A DNA stretch of 30,049 bases from an uncultured Dehalococcoidia bacterium (GTDB lineage: Bacteria > Chloroflexota > Dehalococcoidia > SM23-28-2), in assembly GCA_964638905.1 (NCBI GenBank), contig CAZXAF010000001.1, positions 1 through 30,049 on the forward strand, read 5' to 3'. The notes below the pieces were generated by a model. It did no database searches and was not told the origin of the DNA. It saw only the letters and a program-made list of their open reading frames with translations. Below, one piece after another: positions 25,048-30,049 of the stretch (positions within the stretch are counted from its first letter, which is position 1; every line of letters starts with the position of its first letter). Both the position numbers and the translations under genes were made by a program.

Positions 25048-26949
25048 CTAGCGAATGCCGCCGGGGAGCTCCTCCCCTCCCTCGACCGTCCCCTCAACCG
25101 TCCCCTCAGACAAAGCGCTGCCTGGGAGTACTACCAGGTCGCCAACCTCCAGGCCGCTGACGATCTCCGTATTTTCGGTGTCGCTAATGCCTATTAGGAC
25201 GACCCTTGTAATCACCTCGCCGTCGACCAGCACCTCTACAGTATGGTTCTGCCCCTGACGCCTGATAGCCCGGTTAGGCACAGCCACGGCATTGGGCTTC
25301 TCCTCGGTGACGATAACCGCTGCCCCGCTCATGCCTGGAGCCGGCCGGATGTCATCATCTGGTTCGAAGTCCTCAAGCTGGGCGGTGGCAAGATAGGTGA
25401 CCACGCCCTGCTCAACGCTGGGAGCAAGGCCTACCGACGTTACCGTGAGATGATAAGCCTTCTCCGGGATGGCATCGAAAATGATGATCCCCGTTTGACC
25501 GACCCTGACGCTGGGAAGGTCCGTCTCGCCGAGGGTCAGCTTCACCTCCAGGGCATCGGGGGTGAGCAGGGTGATGGCCGGCGTGGCCGAGGTGACCAGA
25601 TCCCCCGTGTCGATATTGATGGCGGCAATAGCGCCATCGAAGGGCGCTATCAGCTTTGCGTCCTCCAGGTTCTCGCGAGCCTGCTTCACCGCCAGCTCGG
25701 CGATCTGCACCTGCTGAACCTGCAAGTCGATGTCCTCCTGGCTGGCGCCGGCGAGGAGATCATTCCTGGCTTCTATGGCTGACTTCAGGTTGGCCTGGGC
25801 AGTGTTGACGGCGCCCTGAGCAGCGGCAATGGCCGAGTCCGACGCACCCTCGCGAAGATCGTCCAGTTGCAGTTCAGCCGCCGTCAGGGCCTGCTCGGCC
25901 GCTGTTACCGCCGATTCGGCCGTGGCGATGTCCTCCGGGTCGGCCCCCTCCTCCAATGCATCGAGAGCCTTCTGGGCAGATGCCAGAGCGCTCTCGGCAG
26001 CGTCAACAGACGCCTGGGCATCGGACCTGGCTGTCAGCGCGTTGCGGTAGAGCGAGTTCGCTTCGATCAGAGCGCCGGTCGCCGCAGCGAGGACTGGATC
26101 CGGGTCCTCCTCCGGCCTGATGGAATCGTTGAGCTCGTTGATCTGATGGTTGCTGAGGGGAATGGAGAAGTTATCAGCTAAGTCATCACAGATGTCGAAG
26201 AGGTGGTCGTGGGTGTTGCAGTAGGTGTTGACGGCGTTTTGCAGAGCCGCCTCCGCCGACTGGACGCCCGCCATGGCGTTTGTCTGCAGACCCTTGGCGC
26301 TCGTCAGGTTCGCCTCGGCGATTGCCACGTTCGCCTGCGCGGCGGCCAGCTCGGCATCGGAAGCGCCCTCCTTTAGTTTCCTCAGGTTGTCCTGAGCGGC
26401 AAGCAGGGCTGATTCGGCGCTCCTCACCATCTCCTCAGCTACGGCCAGCTCCGCGTCAGAGGCTCCCTCCAACAGGTCATCCAGGTCATTCGTGGCGGTG
26501 TCAAGCGCTGCTTGTGCACCGACCACCGCCTTATCGGCAGCGGCCAGCTCGGCCGCCGAAGCCCCCTCCTGGATCTGCTGGAGGCGGATGCGCGCCGACA
26601 GGAGACTTGCCTCAGCGGTTGCCAACTGATTCTCCAGGGCGTCGGATTCCAGGCTGGCCAGCTCCTGATCCGTTTTGACCTCATCGCCTAGCTCCACCCC
26701 CACGGAGCTCACCCTCCCCGCTATGCCGAAGCTGAGCACTATCTCCTCCAGTGCTCGCGCCTCGCCTGAGGTAGTGACGGTGGAACGCATAGTGGTTGTG
26801 GTCACCCTGTACGTGTTCAAGGACTCCTCGTTGGAGCCGTTTCCAGCGAACCAGAACTGGTAGGCGAAGAAGCCCCCCACGGCAGCGGCGGCCAGCACAA
26901 CCAGGAGCAGGAGCCAGCGAGGCCTTCTTCTCCTGCCGAGCATCCCCAT
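25048..26949 (-). CDS. Membrane-fusion/periplasmic adaptor protein (MacA/YknX-like) with very long alpha-hairpin
   Basis: N-terminal TM; lipoyl halves LSFGIAGRVSSVGVELGDEV and LIAPFDGAIAAINIDTGD; beta-barrel; VAVPNRAI...GLEVGDLV; six 33-aa GAS repeats. Confidence 0.9.
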   Translation of the reverse strand: MGMLGRRRRPRWLLLLVVLAAAAVGGFFAYQFWFAGNGSNEESLNTYRVTTTTMRSTVTTSGEARALEEIVLSFGIAGRVSSVGVELGDEVKTDQELASLESDALENQLATAEASLLSARIRLQQIQEGASAAELAAADKAVVGAQAALDTATNDLDDLLEGASDAELAVAEEMVRSAESALLAAQDNLRKLKEGASDAELAAAQANVAIAEANLTSAKGLQTNAMAGVQSAEAALQNAVNTYCNTHDHLFDICDDLADNFSIPLSNHQINELNDSIRPEEDPDPVLAAATGALIEANSLYRNALTARSDAQASVDAAESALASAQKALDALEEGADPEDIATAESAVTAAEQALTAAELQLDDLREGASDSAIAAAQGAVNTAQANLKSAIEARNDLLAGASQEDIDLQVQQVQIAELAVKQARENLEDAKLIAPFDGAIAAINIDTGDLVTSATPAITLLTPDALEVKLTLGETDLPSVRVGQTGIIIFDAIPEKAYHLTVTSVGLAPSVEQGVVTYLATAQLEDFEPDDDIRPAPGMSGAAVIVTEEKPNAVAVPNRAIRRQGQNHTVEVLVDGEVITRVVLIGISDTENTEIVSGLEVGDLVVLPGSALSEGTVEGTVEGGEELPGGIR

Positions 26950-27143
26950 GGATATTCAGCCCATCCTTCCCTACAGCCACACGCCACAGAGGCCGGCCCA
27001 AGCGACCTTAAGGCCGCATTGGAAGAGCGTTGAGCCCTTCCAATGCTGGGCCAGAACGCCTTTGGCGCTTCCTCGACGTTCTCCGCCTTCCTGCGGAAAC
27101 AACGCCAGCCTACCGCACAACGGCACAGGGCACGTGTAATAAT

Positions 27144-27172
27144 ATAATGGCTTGCGGCCGTTTTACTGTCAA
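27144..27172 (-). promoter_or_regulatory. Putative sigma70 promoter of the ABC efflux operon
   Basis: On the minus strand: TTGACA, 17 bp, CATTAT, followed by an AT-rich tract. Confidence 0.6.
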
Positions 27173-27337
27173 ATAAGGGACTCTCCGCAATTCATGTTTT
27201 GCAGTGCGCTAACCCACTCCTGCGCGGCCGCCACCTTACAGTATCCACTATGTCGCATACAGCATAGCGCGTCGGCGGTCCGATAGACTCAGTACTGCAC
27301 CTCCCGGACTGCGCCCGCTCCACCCCTGAAACGAGGG

Positions 27338-27366
27338 TTGACGTCCTGCATTTGACGCTGTATAAT
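27338..27366 (+). promoter_or_regulatory. Sigma70 promoter of the DoxX-SHOCT operon
   Basis: TTGACG, 17 bp, TATAAT; AGGAGG RBS before ATG 27408. Confidence 0.75.
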
Positions 27367-27407
27367 ATGTCTAAAGTGTAGATAATGCCGGCCTTAGGAG
27401 GAGAACG

Positions 27408-27932
27408 ATGACGGAGCATGTATCTACCGCCCACCTTGGCGGCTGGAAGCTGACCTTCCGCTACGCGGACGTCATCCTGCCCTTCGTCCTGCTTATGCGA
27501 CTCGCTATGGGCTGGATCTTCGTCTGGTCGGGGTTCGACAAGCTGCTGGGCGACTGGACATCGGCCGGCTTCCTGGTCAACGGCACCACGGGGCCGCTGG
27601 AAGCCTGGTTCGTCGATCTGGGAACGAACAGTGCGGCCGTCGATGTCATCGACGGGCTGGTCATCTGGGGCCAGATCCTCATCGGTATCGCCCTGATCCT
27701 GGGTGTGGCCACCCGCTTCACCCTGTTTTGGGCGGGGGCGATGATATTCATGTTCTACATCGCCCAGTTCCCGCCTGCGAACAACCCGTTCCTCGATGAG
27801 CACATCATCTACATCGGCGTGTTTCTCCTTCTGGGTGCGCTGGGAGCGGGCCGTATCCTCGGCCTGGACGCGCTCGTGGAGAGGCTGCCTTTCGTCCGCC
27901 GGATTCCGGGCGCCGAGTACTTACTGGGATGA
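27408..27932 (+). CDS. DoxX/DoxD family membrane protein
   Basis: LLMRLAMGWIFVWSGFDKL, WGQILIGIALILG, NPFLDEHIIY, GAGRILGLD. Confidence 0.88.
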   Translation: MTEHVSTAHLGGWKLTFRYADVILPFVLLMRLAMGWIFVWSGFDKLLGDWTSAGFLVNGTTGPLEAWFVDLGTNSAAVDVIDGLVIWGQILIGIALILGVATRFTLFWAGAMIFMFYIAQFPPANNPFLDEHIIYIGVFLLLGALGAGRILGLDALVERLPFVRRIPGAEYLLG

Positions 27933-28363
27933 ACCGCTATCTGCTACTGGTGATCACTGTTTTGCTTATGGCGGCCGCTCTGATGCCGTCCAGCGGGTTG
28001 GCCGCCAGCGGTGGCACTCCCTCAGCGACGGCAGCCGCCGTTGAGCAGCTCCAGGACATGCCGGCCGGTCCTGGAGCTGCCGGCGGGTCAGGTTGGGCTG
28101 CCAATCCGGCTGTCGATGCCGACGAGGGCTGCTGCGACGATGGCCACATGTGGGGCTGGGGTGGCGGCTGGTGGTGGCTGCTCATGCCGATCGGGATGAT
28201 CGTCTTCTGGGGCGGCATCATCGCACTCATCGTCTGGGCGATTAGCCAGTTCACTCAGTCTCGCGGCGGTGGGGACAACGCCCTCGATATCGCCAGAGCC
28301 CGGTATGCCCGCGGGGATATCTCGCAGGAGGAGTTCGACCGGCTCCGCCGGGACCTAGGCTAG
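27929..28363 (+). CDS. SHOCT-domain membrane protein
   Basis: ATGA overlap with DoxX; signal-like N-terminus; MWGWGGGWWW TM segment; C-terminal ALDIARARYARGDISQEEFDRLRRDL. Confidence 0.8.
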   Translation: MNRYLLLVITVLLMAAALMPSSGLAASGGTPSATAAAVEQLQDMPAGPGAAGGSGWAANPAVDADEGCCDDGHMWGWGGGWWWLLMPIGMIVFWGGIIALIVWAISQFTQSRGGGDNALDIARARYARGDISQEEFDRLRRDLG

Positions 28364-28384
28364 GCTGCAGGCAGTCCGTGGGCG

Positions 28385-28509
28385 CCCTTCGACAGGCTCA
28401 GGGCGAGCGGCGCTGAGTTGGTATATGCATCTCCGCTCGTGGTGAGGCCGTCGGCCGCTCGTGGTGAGCCCACAGGCCGCTCGTGGTGAGCCCGTCGAAC
28501 CATGAGCGG
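28385..28509. repeat. REP-like palindromic repeat cluster
   Basis: Three tandem 22-bp units beginning CCGCTCGTGGTGAG (28433, 28455, 28477) plus an inverted copy CCCTTCGACAGGCTCAGGGCGAGCGG (28385-410). Confidence 0.8.
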
Positions 28510-28558
28510 AGACAACGGATATCTCAACAGCCTCCTACGCTTGCGCACCACGGCGGCC

Positions 28559-28587
28559 TTGACAGCGCGCAGCGGCTGCGGTATGAT
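28559..28587 (+). promoter_or_regulatory. Sigma70 promoter of the ArsR/SmtB-CDF operon
   Basis: TTGACA, 17 bp, TATGAT. Confidence 0.85.
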
Positions 28588-28589
28588 TG

Positions 28590-28607
28590 ATTGAGCATTT
28601 GCTCAAT
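28590..28607. promoter_or_regulatory. SmtB/CzrA-type operator palindrome
   Basis: Perfect ATTGAGCA-TT-TGCTCAAT just downstream of the -10; fits the TGA-CA-NN-TG-TCA core of ArsR/SmtB operators. Confidence 0.8.
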
Positions 28608-28616
28608 AATGCAGCC

Positions 28617-28988
28617 ATGACCCCGCCTGCCGGTACGTCAGCCGATTCCTCAGCCGCCGGCCACGTCGATGAGAAGGCCGTGGCGCGGCTCAAGGCAGCT
28701 CTGCTCGAGCCGCCGGTTGCTTCCCGCCTGGCAGAGACCTTCAAGGTCCTGGGCGACACCACCAGAGTCAGAATCATTCATGCCCTCTCCCTGGAGGAGC
28801 TGTGCACCCACGACCTGGCCTCGGTTCTGGGCATGAGCGAGTCGGCCGTCTCACATCAACTGAGCCTGCTGCGCCTGCTGAGGCTGGTCAAGTTCCGCCG
28901 GCAGGGTCGTATTGTCTACTACTCCCTGGATGATGAGCACATCCGCCGCCTGTTCGAGGACTCTCTGAGGCACGCTACGGAAAGATGA
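28617..28988 (+). CDS. ArsR/SmtB family metal-sensing repressor (alpha5-site, Zn/Co type)
   Basis: FKVLGDTTRVRI, ELCTHDLA, SESAVSHQL, RRQGRIVYYSL; alpha5 ligands D-x-H-x10-H-x2-E (DEH...HATE). The ORF-track TTG at 28587 overlaps the -10 box, so ATG 28617 is preferred. Confidence 0.9.
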   Translation: MTPPAGTSADSSAAGHVDEKAVARLKAALLEPPVASRLAETFKVLGDTTRVRIIHALSLEELCTHDLASVLGMSESAVSHQLSLLRLLRLVKFRRQGRIVYYSLDDEHIRRLFEDSLRHATER

Positions 28989-29917
28989 CCTGGCAACATC
29001 AGGCCTCCCATCGAGCCAGCCAGCGGGCCCTTTTCCTGGCCTTCGCCATAACCGTGGCCTTCCTGGTGGCGGAGGTGGTGGGCGGTGTGCTGACCAACAG
29101 CCTGGCCCTCCTGGCCGACGCCGGCCACATGCTTTCCGACGCGGCAGCGCTGGGCCTGGGCATGTTCGCCATCTGGATGGCCCTCCGTCCAGCCACGGCC
29201 ACTCGAACGTACGGCTTTCACCGAGTGGAGGTCCTGGCCGCTTTGGCCAACGGGGCTTTGCTTGTGGCCGTAGCCGCTTTCATCTTCTGGCAGGCGAGCC
29301 AGCGCCTCCAAGAGCCGCCAGAGGTGCGGAGCCTGCCCATGTTGCTGGTGGCGATAGCCGGCCTGGGCGCCAACGTCGCCGGCGGCTCCCTTCTCTTCCG
29401 CCACAGCAAAGACAGCCTCAACGTCAGGGCCGCCTTTCTGCACCTGCTGGCCGACGCCCTGGGGTCGGCAGGCGCCGTCGCGGCGGGCATCGTCATGCTC
29501 ACCACCGGCTGGTTTCTAGCCGACCCGATAGTCAGCGTTTTCATCGGCGTCCTCGTCCTGATCAGCGCCTGGCAGCTGCTCAGGGAGTCGCTGTGGGTGC
29601 TGCTGGAGGCGGTCCCCCCGCACATGGACGCCGGCCAGATCGAGGCCGCCCTGAAAGAAGCGGGCGGCGTGGAAGGCGTGCACGACCTGCACATCTGGAC
29701 GGTGACCTCCGGCTTCGTCGCCCTGACCTGCCACACCGAGCTCAACGCCAACTGCGATATCCAAAAGGTGATCGGAGCGCTCTGCCAGATGCTCCACGAG
29801 CGATACGGCATCCAACACGTGACCATCCAGCCCGAGACCGCCGGGCTGCACGGCCGCGGGGGTCATCGGTCGCTGCCCCGCTGTACGAGCGTCTCCAGCG
29901 ACGGCTGCGAGCAATAG
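28985..29917 (+). CDS. czcD: Cation diffusion facilitator (CzcD/ZitB-like Zn/Co/Cd exporter)
   Basis: SLALLADAGHMLSD, TYGFHRVEVLAA, AFLHLLADALGS (HD-HD site), HDLHIW, HVTIQPE; ATGA overlap with the repressor. Confidence 0.95.
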   Translation: MTWQHQASHRASQRALFLAFAITVAFLVAEVVGGVLTNSLALLADAGHMLSDAAALGLGMFAIWMALRPATATRTYGFHRVEVLAALANGALLVAVAAFIFWQASQRLQEPPEVRSLPMLLVAIAGLGANVAGGSLLFRHSKDSLNVRAAFLHLLADALGSAGAVAAGIVMLTTGWFLADPIVSVFIGVLVLISAWQLLRESLWVLLEAVPPHMDAGQIEAALKEAGGVEGVHDLHIWTVTSGFVALTCHTELNANCDIQKVIGALCQMLHERYGIQHVTIQPETAGLHGRGGHRSLPRCTSVSSDGCEQ

Positions 29918-29965
29918 CGACCTCGGGCCAGATCCGAAGATGGGACTTTCAACTAGTAGGAGGGT

Positions 29966-30049
29966 ATGATGCGAGGCGAGGGAAAGATCGCCGATAACAT
30001 TACGGAGCTCATAGGCAATACCCCCCTCGTCCGGCTGAACAGGATGGCC
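29966..30049 (+). CDS. cysK: Cysteine synthase family protein, N-terminal fragment (runs off window)
   Basis: AGGAGGG RBS, then MMRGEGKIADNITELIGNTPLVRLNRMA, containing the IGNTPLVRL motif. Missing from the ORF track. The motif is shared with CysM/CBS-like enzymes. Confidence 0.8.
   Translation, partial: MMRGEGKIADNITELIGNTPLVRLNRMA

Noticed and set aside
28433-28498. Three direct repeats resembling a mini-CRISPR
   Set aside because: Repeats are 14 nt with 8-nt variable parts, far too short for spacers; no cas genes; better explained as REP-like units.
28360-28551. 63-aa minus-strand ORF (MVRRAHHER...LSLSKG)
   Set aside because: Translation of the palindromic repeat; it also crosses the promoter region.
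1-30049. Mobile elements, tRNA/rRNA, prophage or defence genes
   Set aside because: No transposase, integrase, phage, cas or restriction-modification motifs and no tRNA cloverleaf were seen on either strand.

Overview
A high-GC, gene-dense chromosomal window with no CRISPR array, rRNA, tRNA or transposase that I can recognise. Gene content (lipoproteins, an LPxTG substrate, Pro/Thr-linked secreted enzymes, MMPL, a MacAB-type ABC system without TolC) suggests a monoderm, probably Chloroflexota/Dehalococcoidia; this is an inference. In order it contains: (1) the end of a surface/polysaccharide-type operon (repeat-module protein, DUF1616-like membrane protein, short UDP-sugar dehydrogenase); (2) an LPxTG protein, a clan GH-A glycoside hydrolase and a DUF1295 protein on the minus strand; (3) an RCK-gated K+ channel, an orphan Leu/Ile/Val-type binding lipoprotein and an MMPL transporter; (4) the standout, two adjacent genes (a HemL-like class III aminotransferase and a KamA-family radical-SAM 2,3-aminomutase), each with its own sigma70 promoter, ydaO-type c-di-AMP riboswitch and terminator, which looks like a c-di-AMP-controlled beta-amino-acid/osmolyte module with no acetyltransferase; (5) a subtilase with a (TP)30 stalk and dockerin-like tail, and a CAP-GH5 fusion with a duplicated ~75-aa module also found in the upstream hydrolase; (6) an OmpR-family two-component system divergent from an exported protein; (7) a lipoprotein and a MacAB-type ABC operon with an unusually long adaptor; (8) DoxX/SHOCT genes, a REP-like repeat cluster, an SmtB/CzrA-type repressor with a CDF zinc exporter, and the start of a cysteine synthase. 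All calls come from reading motifs by eye; no database searches were run.
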